Positions 20,623 to 29,094 of a stretch of 64,000 nucleotides of DNA are shown here, piece by piece. Numbering within the stretch: position 1 is the first letter of the stretch; each line of letters opens with the position of its first letter. The DNA comes from Treponema sp. (GTDB lineage Bacteria > Spirochaetota > Spirochaetia > Treponematales > Treponemataceae): NCBI RefSeq assembly GCF_024696245.1, contig NZ_JAILGZ010000084.1:2919-66918 (forward strand), in the 5' to 3' direction. Both the position numbers and the translations under genes were made by a program. The notes below the pieces were generated by a model. It saw only the letters and a program-made list of their open reading frames with translations. It had not been told where the DNA came from and searched no databases.

Positions 20623-21369
20623 CTAAAATTTTACAAATGCTGCCTGAACCGTAAACCTGAAGGCCTTTTCTTCCGGCGATAAATAGGAAAATGCAGCTGT
20701 TTCCCTGCGGAAAGAACCAAACTTATCATTACAGCAGGTACATTCAGGGCGTACACAGATATTTTCTTCCGGCACACCACATTTTTTTAAGAGGGCAAGG
20801 TTGGCCCTGGCAAGAGAAAGGGCGTACTGGCCCTGTCCAAGGTTTCTGACACATTCAGGAGTAAAATTGGATGAAAAATACTCTGCCCTTTCCTCGTCAA
20901 CATTATAACAGCAGTCATGAATGTGGGGTCCAAGTACGATTTTAAAATCCTCAGGTCTGGCAGAAGTTTTTTTGAGGGCAAGCTCCAGGGCATTTTTTAC
21001 AATACCGGTTCCCTTCCAGCCTGAATGAAGGACAGCCACAGTAGAAGTAACAGGGTCATACATAAATATTGGCATGCAGTCCGCTACAGTTACCAAAGGT
21101 ATAAGGGATTTGTTCTGAGTAATAATTCCATCTGCCCTCACATTCTTACAGTCATCAGCATCCTTAATAAATACAACTTCCTGAGAATGATAAAGTTCAA
21201 CCTGAGCAGGAATTTTATCAGGAAAAGAAAGGCGGTTTAAAAATTCAAGACGGTTGGGATTTACTTCGTTCCAGCGGAATCTCATGGAACCTGCAGCTTT
21301 TAGCGACATTCCCCAGACAGGTGAATCAGGTGAATCAATAAATTTCTGAGAAAGAATAAGGTCTTCCAT
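20623..21369 (-). CDS. pgeF: YfiH/PgeF family (DUF152) purine nucleoside/peptidoglycan-editing enzyme
   Basis: VTVADCMPIF...AVLHSGWKGT...GPHIHDCCY motif set. Confidence 0.85.
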   Translation of the reverse strand: MEDLILSQKFIDSPDSPVWGMSLKAAGSMRFRWNEVNPNRLEFLNRLSFPDKIPAQVELYHSQEVVFIKDADDCKNVRADGIITQNKSLIPLVTVADCMPIFMYDPVTSTVAVLHSGWKGTGIVKNALELALKKTSARPEDFKIVLGPHIHDCCYNVDEERAEYFSSNFTPECVRNLGQGQYALSLARANLALLKKCGVPEENICVRPECTCCNDKFGSFRRETAAFSYLSPEEKAFRFTVQAAFVKF

Positions 21370-21380
21370 AACAAACTAAA

Positions 21381-23081
21381 CTAAACTGAACTTGAATCAA
21401 GGCCTTCTGCTTCCGTTAAAATATCATAGGCATGGTCTATGAGCATATATGCAGCAGAAAGATTTTCCTTAAATTCCTTGTTCTGTCTTCCTCCGATTTT
21501 TGACCAGTTGGTAAGTCCTCCGTAATACTGACTTTCTGCCCCGTTTACAATGGCACCTATAAGTCCCTTCATTGAACGGAACCATTTACCTGCCTTTTCA
21601 ATAAAGCTCTGGGCAGTATCTTCTACATCATTCATTACGGCTGTAAAACCTGCACGACTTGATGGATCCTTGTCAGGACTATGACCGAGACTGTTAAGGG
21701 CAGCTGCTACTTCTCCCCCGTCAGAAAGGGATGCATTAAATACAGCAAAATCATTCCTGATATTCTGCAGGAACCTGAAGTTATCCGTATATTCAGCAGA
21801 ATTTTCCTTTACTACAAAATCCCCTTCCAGCATTAAGGTTTTTAATACTGCTTCTATAGTTTTTACGATTGTTCCAAAGAAAAGCCAGATAAAGCCCATG
21901 GAAAGTTCATATCTGAAAGGATAACCTGTCCAGAGTTTAGTCCATGGCCTTACAGGAAGAAGTGGAAGATCATCATAATCAAAGTAAGTCTTTATCTTAA
22001 TCTGAACCCTGTATTTTTTATAATCAAAGAGCCACTGATTCCATCTTGTGTCAAAATTAATTCTCCACTGGCTCTTGAATTTTACAAACCAGTCTTCCCC
22101 ACCACCAAATGGTCTTGAATCATAAAGGGCATTGTCAAAAACCAGGCGGGCAATATCCTTAACAGGAAGACCGCTGGAAAAAGAACGGATTTCTTCTATA
22201 TGAAGATGGGCTCCGTTTATAAACTCAGAAACAAGCTGTTCTTCATCACCCTGGTTGGGATTATCTGCCGTAGTGTTGTAATAAAAGGAAAATAAAGCTA
22301 CAAGGGCTTCATTACCTGGAATATTAACTACATTCATTACCTTTGCTATTGAAGCAAAGTCACTGCGGGAAAGATTATAAAGACATTCCTTTGCCGGTGT
22401 AAAATTCCTTATAAGGGAATCAACATGCATGCGGTTAAAGGCTTTAAGCCATTCAATTGAACGGACACACATATACATGGCAGTTCTTTTTGATTCAGGA
22501 AGGCTGTCCAGGGCATCATCGATTTTTTTTATAAGCTGAACCCTGGTTTCTGTTGTAAGGTTTTTTGTAAAAGGAAATTTATAGGGATCTGAATTCTGCT
22601 GAATCTGTTCCGTAATTTCCGGCATTACAACAAGACTAAGATAATAATAGTAAAGACCAGGGTTACTTTCATAACTCTCAATATAAGGCATAAAAAATTC
22701 CTGAACCTTACGAATCATAAAAAGCTTTTCGTAAGTACCCAGGGTAAGGACACTTCTTCTGTGGGAAATAAGTCCGGGATATGTATGTTCTACATCATGA
22801 GCTATGTGATTTATAAGGGATGTATTGTAAATATCTTCCGGAGTAATATTAAAAAGAGCTGATTTTATTTTAATCCAGAGACGCCTTAAAAAAGATTCCT
22901 GCTGAAGGCGGATGGAAAGGCTTGTTTTATATTCCTGCTCATTTACAGGCAGTGAAGATACATCATCATCCTCTTCTTCCTGTGCAGACCTGCTGACCTT
23001 ATCAAGCATATCCTTACGCTCATCATCTGAGATTGTAGTAACCATTCTGTCAAATGCGGATCTTTCGTTCTCTGCTGCCAT
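21381..23081 (-). CDS. hypothetical protein (566 aa), acidic N-terminus, no domain recognised
   Basis: Long uninterrupted ORF with normal composition, 11 nt upstream of pgeF (operonic). No motif I can name. Confidence 0.7.
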   Translation of the reverse strand: MAAENERSAFDRMVTTISDDERKDMLDKVSRSAQEEEDDDVSSLPVNEQEYKTSLSIRLQQESFLRRLWIKIKSALFNITPEDIYNTSLINHIAHDVEHTYPGLISHRRSVLTLGTYEKLFMIRKVQEFFMPYIESYESNPGLYYYYLSLVVMPEITEQIQQNSDPYKFPFTKNLTTETRVQLIKKIDDALDSLPESKRTAMYMCVRSIEWLKAFNRMHVDSLIRNFTPAKECLYNLSRSDFASIAKVMNVVNIPGNEALVALFSFYYNTTADNPNQGDEEQLVSEFINGAHLHIEEIRSFSSGLPVKDIARLVFDNALYDSRPFGGGEDWFVKFKSQWRINFDTRWNQWLFDYKKYRVQIKIKTYFDYDDLPLLPVRPWTKLWTGYPFRYELSMGFIWLFFGTIVKTIEAVLKTLMLEGDFVVKENSAEYTDNFRFLQNIRNDFAVFNASLSDGGEVAAALNSLGHSPDKDPSSRAGFTAVMNDVEDTAQSFIEKAGKWFRSMKGLIGAIVNGAESQYYGGLTNWSKIGGRQNKEFKENLSAAYMLIDHAYDILTEAEGLDSSSV

Positions 23082-23233
23082 AGATTCCTTATCCTAAAAA
23101 AAACATTGTACTTTGTAAAGTAAAAACACAAGATTTATCCCTTTTAATAATTTCTCAATTTAAAGCAAAAATTAATCTTAAACAAATGTAAGGGAAGAAT
23201 AAATTCAGAAAACAAAAAGGAAACTGGCTGTAA

Positions 23234-23266
23234 ATAAAAAAAGTTCCCTTAAAAAAAGAGAACTTT
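23234..23266 (-). terminator. terminator after tRNA-Glu
   Basis: Minus strand: aaagttc/13-nt loop/gaacttt followed by a T-run. Confidence 0.45.
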
Positions 23267-23271
23267 AACTA

Positions 23272-23344
23272 CGGTCCCTACGGGAGTCGAACCCGTCTTT
23301 AGAGATTGAGAATCTCTCGTCCTAAACCGATAGACGAAGGGACC
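23272..23344 (-). tRNA. tRNA-Glu (anticodon CUC)
   Basis: Manual cloverleaf: GGTCCCT TC GTCT ATCGGTTTA GGAC G AGAGA TTCTCAA TCTCT AAAG ACGGG TTCGACT CCCGT AGGGACC G. CCA is not encoded. Confidence 0.9.
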
Positions 23345-23404
23345 AGAATGTAAAAAAGTTGTGTTTTCTACAAAAAAAAACTGAACCAAAGGTCCAGTTT
23401 TTAG

Positions 23405-23475
23405 TTCCCCAAGGAGGATTCGAACCCCCACAGTCAGAACCAGAATCTGAAGTGCTACCATTACACAATCGGGGA
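23405..23475 (-). tRNA. tRNA-Gln (anticodon CUG)
   Basis: Manual cloverleaf: TCCCCGA TT GTGT AATGGTA GCAC T TCAGA TTCTGGT TCTGA CTGT GGGGG TTCGAAT CCTCC TTGGGGA A. Confidence 0.85.
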
Positions 23476-23490
23476 ATGCAATGTGAAAGT

Positions 23491-23519
23491 AATATATAAG
23501 TTTCAAAAAAAAGTGTCAA
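23491..23519 (-). promoter_or_regulatory. sigma70-type promoter for the tRNA-Gln/tRNA-Glu pair
   Basis: Minus strand TTGACA-17 nt-TATATT, with the -10 element ending 15 nt before the tRNA-Gln 5' end. Confidence 0.5.
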
Positions 23520-23536
23520 TAGGATAATGTCATTTT

Positions 23537-24418
23537 TTAATATTTTTTTTGTAAAAGTGTAAAATAAAGGGGACCTGCACCTTTAGCAGCATCAGGAAGA
23601 ATATGAAATCCATATTCTGTTTTAAGGGCAAGAGAAAACATGGTAAGGGGATCAAGCGAAAACTCCTGACTGTCCCAGGAAACATCAGCAGTAAAATTAT
23701 TAAGGTTACCTTTAAGGACTTCTTTTACATAATCAGGACTGCATATATTAACATCATCAAATTTTTTAAGAAGCTTTTCCACCCTGCCATCGTTTTCATC
23801 ATGGCTTAAGGCACAGGTTGCATATAAAAGAAAACCGCCTTTTTTTAAAAGTCTCCAGGCAGATGACATAAGGGCCCATTGTTCCATGGAAAGGGTCTTT
23901 ACTCTTGAAGGAGTCCAGTCCTTTAAATACTTAGGATCTGCAAGGACATGACGTTCACTGGAACAAGGAGCATCAAGGAGAATGGCATCAAAAGCCTCTT
24001 CCTGACGCTTGCACCATAAGGCAGCATCTCCAAGACTGGTAATTACTGTAGAAGAAATTTCTTCCGGTAAAACTGTTTCAATTACTTTATCAAGACGGGC
24101 TTTTCTGGCAGGGGACCTTTCATTGGAGTTAAGGCTGGCAGAAGGAGATTTTATTCCGGAAATAACAAGGGACTTTCCACCAGGAGCTGCACACATATCA
24201 AGAAGGGAAGAAGCCTTTGTCACATCAAGGCACAAGGCAGCGGTAAGGCTGGCAGGATCAAGAAAATATGATTCTTTACCCCAGGAAAGACGGGCATAAA
24301 CATTGTCTTCTCCGAGAGCAGCCTTTAATAAAGGCCATCTGTCTGCGTAAAGCTCTCCATAATAAAGTTCAAAGGCCTGTTCCCCTGTTAATCTGGGGGT
24401 GTTTTTTTTCTGTTTCAT
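23537..24418 (-). CDS. NOL1/NOP2/Sun-family RNA cytosine-C5 methyltransferase
   Basis: SAM motif DMCAAPGGKS and catalytic LDAPCSSERH. Confidence 0.85.
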   Translation of the reverse strand: MKQKKNTPRLTGEQAFELYYGELYADRWPLLKAALGEDNVYARLSWGKESYFLDPASLTAALCLDVTKASSLLDMCAAPGGKSLVISGIKSPSASLNSNERSPARKARLDKVIETVLPEEISSTVITSLGDAALWCKRQEEAFDAILLDAPCSSERHVLADPKYLKDWTPSRVKTLSMEQWALMSSAWRLLKKGGFLLYATCALSHDENDGRVEKLLKKFDDVNICSPDYVKEVLKGNLNNFTADVSWDSQEFSLDPLTMFSLALKTEYGFHILPDAAKGAGPLYFTLLQKKY

Positions 24419-24484
24419 AAACTGATCCTGTAAATCTATAAAAAGCTAAAAAAAAGCTCAGGTCCAGATATTTACGATAAATCC

Positions 24485-25819
24485 CTAGTTAAAATATCTG
24501 TCGTAAAGTTCCATTCCCTTATCATACTCTTTTTCAAAGGAATTAAAGCGGTAATCCATATCTGCAAGAGTATTTTTATTAACAACTTTAAGCTGCCCGT
24601 TCTCCCTGTAAACTTCAAGAAGGCCATAGTAAATCTTAGAAAGAATCACCCTTCTCTCTGCATTTTCAAGTCTGCCCTTAAAAGTTTCATCAATGGCTGC
24701 TTTATCAAGAAGGATACGCAGGGCCGGAGCAAAACGCTTTTCGCTGAGCATTATAACATCTGTACCAGCTTCTATTGCCTTTACGGCAGCTTCTTCCGGA
24801 GGAAAACCGTTTTCTGTTAAGGCTGCCATAAAAATATCATCACTGATAACCAGGCCATCATAAAAGAAATCCCCCTTAAGCTTTTCCTTTATCCAGTAGG
24901 GACTTAAGGCTGCAGGTTCATCACCGGAAAGGGCGGCTATTCTTGCGTGGGACATAAGGACCGCTCCCGGACTTGTAGTTAAAACCAGTTTAAATGGCTT
25001 TAAATAATATTGTTCAAAAAGAACTTCTGAAACTTTAATTTCCGGAAGTCCTGTATGAGGGTCTACATTTGTATTGCCTGGAAAATGTTTTACAACAGTA
25101 CATACCCTGGCTTTTTCAAAGGCATTTATCTGGGCTACAGAAAAAGCAACTGTTCTTGCAGGATTACCAAAACTTCTTGAAAGAAGAAAATCACAGTTTT
25201 CCGGACCTGAAGGTTCAGCAACAGGAGAAAGGTTCATGGAAAAACCAAGGTACTTCATCTGTCTGGCCTGACTGTAATACATACGTTCTGCAACATCTGG
25301 AGAAATGGTTTCTGCAGTCAGTTTGGCTGAAGGAAAAGAACTGGTTATTCCTTTAAGGCGGTTTACCATACCTCCTTCCTGATCAATGGCAATATGTGGA
25401 AGTGGAAGGGAAGCTTCCGAATATACTTCATTTATGGATTCTATATATTCCATTACCTGCATATAGTCATCTGCAATATTATAGGCAAATAAAAGACAGC
25501 CTCCAGGAGCAAGTATTTTTTGTTTAAGTTCTATACTGTTTTCTTCATTTTCAGGATATACATCGTAATAAGTTTCTACAGGTAAAAAACGCCTGCATCC
25601 TGCAACATTTACAAGAAAAAGCTGACTGGCAGCATCTTCCGGAGACAGGGAAGCCACATAGGAAATAGCAGCCAGGTTAAGTTCATCATAAGAAAAATTC
25701 TCACCATTACAAATGTAACCATCCCTGCAAATATTAAAGGCCTTTGAAGAACAGATAAGGCAGCAGAATAAAAATATGAATATACGCAAAAAAACTTTAT
25801 GTTTTAAAATTGGATTCAT
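24485..25819 (-). CDS. glycoside hydrolase family 3 N-terminal-domain protein (NagZ-like beta-N-acetylhexosaminidase), secreted/lipoprotein
   Basis: AIDQEGGMVNRL and KHFPGNTNVDPHTGLP motifs. Hydrophobic Cys-containing N-terminus. Confidence 0.8.
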   Translation of the reverse strand: MNPILKHKVFLRIFIFLFCCLICSSKAFNICRDGYICNGENFSYDELNLAAISYVASLSPEDAASQLFLVNVAGCRRFLPVETYYDVYPENEENSIELKQKILAPGGCLLFAYNIADDYMQVMEYIESINEVYSEASLPLPHIAIDQEGGMVNRLKGITSSFPSAKLTAETISPDVAERMYYSQARQMKYLGFSMNLSPVAEPSGPENCDFLLSRSFGNPARTVAFSVAQINAFEKARVCTVVKHFPGNTNVDPHTGLPEIKVSEVLFEQYYLKPFKLVLTTSPGAVLMSHARIAALSGDEPAALSPYWIKEKLKGDFFYDGLVISDDIFMAALTENGFPPEEAAVKAIEAGTDVIMLSEKRFAPALRILLDKAAIDETFKGRLENAERRVILSKIYYGLLEVYRENGQLKVVNKNTLADMDYRFNSFEKEYDKGMELYDRYFN

Positions 25820-25940
25820 ATTAAAAGATTATCAGAAAGGCAATTAAATTTAAATATTTTATAAAAAATTAAATTCAATATATCCGGGAAAAAAGCCCTG
25901 CTATGTCAAATTTTTTGTTTAACTGCTATAATTTGTCCTG

Positions 25941-26744
25941 ATGAAAAACATTATTATAGTTACAGGGGCCTCCAGCGGCATGGGTACATGTTTTGCTCAG
26001 GAACTGGCCCTGGAAAATCCTGACCAGCTCTGGATTATTGCAAGAAGAAAAGAAAAGCTTGAAGAATTAAAGAAAAGCATAAATATCACCAGTCCTCAGG
26101 TAGAAACAGTCTGCATTGCTCAGGACATAAGCGGAAAAGAAGGAGCCCTTGCCATAAAGGCTCTCCTTAAAAAAGCAGATGAAGAAAACCAAAGTCAGGG
26201 AGGAATCTGCATTAAGGTTCTTGTAAACAATGCCGGCTTTGGAAGTTACGGAGAATTTGCAGACACTGACACAGAAAGGGAAATGGATATGGTAGAGCTT
26301 AACTGCACTTCCCTGACAGGAATTACAGGATACGCCCTCCCTTACATGACAAAAGGCTGCCGCATTATAAATACTGCAAGTCTTGCATCCTTTCTTCCTT
26401 TGGGAAACTTTGCAGTATATGGAGCAAGCAAGGCCTATGTCCTTAGTTTTAGCGTTGCATTAAGGGCAGAACTTAAAGACAGGGGAATAAGTGTAACAGC
26501 ACTTTGTCCCGGACCTGTAAGTACAGAATTTGCCAACGTTGCTTCAAGGGGAGCAAGAAAAGAAGTTTTACACGGAAAGGACCCCCTTAAAACAGTAAGA
26601 CATGCAATAAAGGCTTCAAAAAAAGGTAAAATGTATTCAATGTATGCCTTTAAATGGAAGTTTAAGGCAGCAGCCAGCCGCTTTATAGGCAGATATGCAG
26701 GGGCCTGGTTTACCTTCAAATATTGCAAAAGACCAAGTAATTGA
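25941..26744 (+). CDS. short-chain dehydrogenase/reductase (SDR)
   Basis: IVTGASSGMG cofactor motif, NNAG, catalytic YGASKAY. Confidence 0.88.
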   Translation: MKNIIIVTGASSGMGTCFAQELALENPDQLWIIARRKEKLEELKKSINITSPQVETVCIAQDISGKEGALAIKALLKKADEENQSQGGICIKVLVNNAGFGSYGEFADTDTEREMDMVELNCTSLTGITGYALPYMTKGCRIINTASLASFLPLGNFAVYGASKAYVLSFSVALRAELKDRGISVTALCPGPVSTEFANVASRGARKEVLHGKDPLKTVRHAIKASKKGKMYSMYAFKWKFKAAASRFIGRYAGAWFTFKYCKRPSN

Positions 26745-26854
26745 TATAATTCTATACTATAAAAAAGGACGCCGGTTGTGCTTCAGCAGATGCTGTCTGG
26801 AGTGCCAGAGAACAACTGTCCTGAAAAAAAATTTTATACATAAAGGACATTTTT

Positions 26855-28309
26855 ATGGAACAGCAGTACAAAATCACCAGTGCACTTTTCACGGACTTCT
26901 ATGAGCTCACTATGGCTCAGGGTTACTGGAAGCAGAACATGAATCACAAGGTCGTATTCGACATGTTCTTCCGACGCAATCCCTTTAATGGAGGATTCAG
27001 TGTTTTTGCGGGAATTGAAACTCTTCTTGACATTATTACAGAGTTTAAATTTTCTGAAGAAGACATTGCCTATCTTAAGGAACAGAAAATCTTTGAACAG
27101 GGATTCCTTGATTACCTTAAGGACTTCCATTTTTCCGGAGACTTATGGTCTTTTGAAGAAGGTTCAATAATTTTCCCACAGGAACCTCTTGTACGTATTC
27201 ACGCAAACCTTATTGAAGCACAGATTCTTGAAGGTCTTGTTCTTAATCACATTAACTTTCAGAGCCTTATTGCAACTAAAACAGCAAGAGTATGGCTTGC
27301 CAGCAAAAAAGGAAACATTATGGAATTTGGCCTCAGACGTGCTCAGGGACCAGATGGTGCAATGAGTGCAACCAGGGCTTCTTACATTGGTGGAGCTGCA
27401 GGTACAAGTAACACTCTTGCAGGAAAACTTTACGGTATTCCTGTAATGGGAACAATGGCTCATTCCTGGGTTATGAGTTTTCCTAGTGAACTGGAAGCTT
27501 TTGAAGCCTATGCAAAAATCTATCCTGAAAAAACAGTATTCCTTATTGATACCTATGACACACTTAAAAGCGGAATCAAAAACGCTATTAAAGCCGGAGC
27601 AAAACTTGTTGAACAGGGATACAACTTTGGCGTAAGACTTGATTCCGGAGACATCTCTTACCTTACTCAGGAAGTACGAAAGGAACTGGATAAGGCAGGA
27701 TTCCCACAGGCCTTTATTTCCGTTTCAAACGAACTTACAGAAGAAATTATTGAAACTCTTGTACAGCAGAATGCACCTATTGCAAGCTGGGGTGTTGGAA
27801 CCCACATGGTAACAGGTGGAAACGAATCAAGCTTTACAGGCGTTTATAAACTTGCAGCCCGCCATGATGCAGAAAAGAACTCTATGGTTCCTGCAATGAA
27901 ATTCTCTGACAACCCTGCAAAGACTACAAACCCTGGCATTAAAAATGTATGGAGACTTTATGATGAAAACTCCATGGCAAGGGCAGATATTCTTGGTCTT
28001 GAAGATGAAGTTCTTGAAGCAGGAAAGGAATACAGGTTCTATCACACAATGGTTGATTACCGTCAGTTTACATTTACTGCAGCTTCAGTTAAACCTATGC
28101 TTTCACTCCGCCTTAAGGACGGACAGAGAACACAGGAACGTCTTGATGATGCAGTTCAGCTTAAAAAGAGCCGTGAAGTAATGATGAAGGAAATTGAAAC
28201 CCTGGATGCTTCTTACAAGAGAATCCTTAATCCACACATTTATAAAGTTTCCGTAACAGAAAAACTTAAGGACCTTAAGCTTGCCTTTATTAAAGCAAAC
28301 ATTAAATAA
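26855..28309 (+). CDS. pncB: nicotinate phosphoribosyltransferase
   Basis: TDFYELTMAQGYW..., GTMAHSWV, typical 484-aa length. Confidence 0.92.
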   Translation: MEQQYKITSALFTDFYELTMAQGYWKQNMNHKVVFDMFFRRNPFNGGFSVFAGIETLLDIITEFKFSEEDIAYLKEQKIFEQGFLDYLKDFHFSGDLWSFEEGSIIFPQEPLVRIHANLIEAQILEGLVLNHINFQSLIATKTARVWLASKKGNIMEFGLRRAQGPDGAMSATRASYIGGAAGTSNTLAGKLYGIPVMGTMAHSWVMSFPSELEAFEAYAKIYPEKTVFLIDTYDTLKSGIKNAIKAGAKLVEQGYNFGVRLDSGDISYLTQEVRKELDKAGFPQAFISVSNELTEEIIETLVQQNAPIASWGVGTHMVTGGNESSFTGVYKLAARHDAEKNSMVPAMKFSDNPAKTTNPGIKNVWRLYDENSMARADILGLEDEVLEAGKEYRFYHTMVDYRQFTFTAASVKPMLSLRLKDGQRTQERLDDAVQLKKSREVMMKEIETLDASYKRILNPHIYKVSVTEKLKDLKLAFIKANIK

Positions 28310-28326
28310 GGTATAAAAAAAATCAA

Positions 28327-28368
28327 AGCCCTGAAACTGAAAATAAAATCAGATTCAGGGCTTTTTGT
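28327..28368. terminator. bidirectional terminator between convergent pncB and the winged-helix gene
   Basis: agccctgaa/18-nt loop/ttcagggct, flanked by an A-run upstream and ttttgttt downstream. Confidence 0.7.
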
Positions 28369-29094
28369 TTATTCAGAAAAATTAAGGGACATAAGATAAT
28401 TTTCTTTTGAATCCCTGACTATTTTTACAAAGTCAGCATTTTTTTCCTGAAGGAAATTTCTTAAATCATGAATACAAGTAAAAAGATGACGGCGGTTTTT
28501 ACTGTCATCACTACCCCATAAATAATTACAAAGTTCCATTACAGTTACAGCTTTATTAAGGCGGTCATAAAGATAAAAGAAAAGTTTTTCCTTTAAGCAG
28601 CCGGATTTTTCTGTCTTAAAAAGATTCTGAGGATCAAAAGAATTTGCTGAAGGAGAAAATTCTTTTTCACGGCAGATGCAGCTTATATAGGGATTTATCT
28701 CCGGACTGTTAAGGAGATCCTGTAAACGTCTCCAGATTTTACTATAAGGAAGAAGTTTTTCTGCAGTAAAAATAGGATTAAAATATTCTTCATTTTTAAG
28801 CGCCCAGTAAAAAGCCATCTGATCTCTCTGAGGAAACGGATCATTGTAAACTACAACAGGAACCAGAATTCCTTCATCAAGAAAAAGGGAATAAGGATTA
28901 AAGGAATCCAGCTGAATGGCTGACATATCTACAAGAGTAAAATCTATTTCGTTGTACTGATGAGCTTCTACGTAAGAATAAAATTCATCCGGGTCTGTCA
29001 TCATCTTTATGGAAAGATCATCTTTTTTAAGAATCTCTGCCAGATAATTCCAGACAGGAAGCTGAGATTTTTTTGTAAGGAGAACAGAGGTCAT
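28369..29094 (-). CDS. atypical OmpR/PhoB-type winged-helix DNA-binding protein with a pseudo-receiver N-domain
   Basis: The C-terminus ...VTVMELCNYLWGSDDSKNRRHLFTCIHDLRNFLQEKNADFVKIVRDSKENYLM fits the trans_reg_C pattern (LW...R..DVHI..LR.KL....I.TVRG.GY). The N-domain has SVLLTKKS where receivers carry the acidic DD pocket. Its ATG overlaps the kinase stop (ATGA, 29091-29094). Confidence 0.65.
   Translation of the reverse strand: MTSVLLTKKSQLPVWNYLAEILKKDDLSIKMMTDPDEFYSYVEAHQYNEIDFTLVDMSAIQLDSFNPYSLFLDEGILVPVVVYNDPFPQRDQMAFYWALKNEEYFNPIFTAEKLLPYSKIWRRLQDLLNSPEINPYISCICREKEFSPSANSFDPQNLFKTEKSGCLKEKLFFYLYDRLNKAVTVMELCNYLWGSDDSKNRRHLFTCIHDLRNFLQEKNADFVKIVRDSKENYLMSLNFSE

Noticed and set aside
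23249-23519. 85-aa and 65-aa ORFs in the track
   Set aside because: They run straight through tRNA-Glu and tRNA-Gln, and the tRNA cloverleaves explain the sequence.
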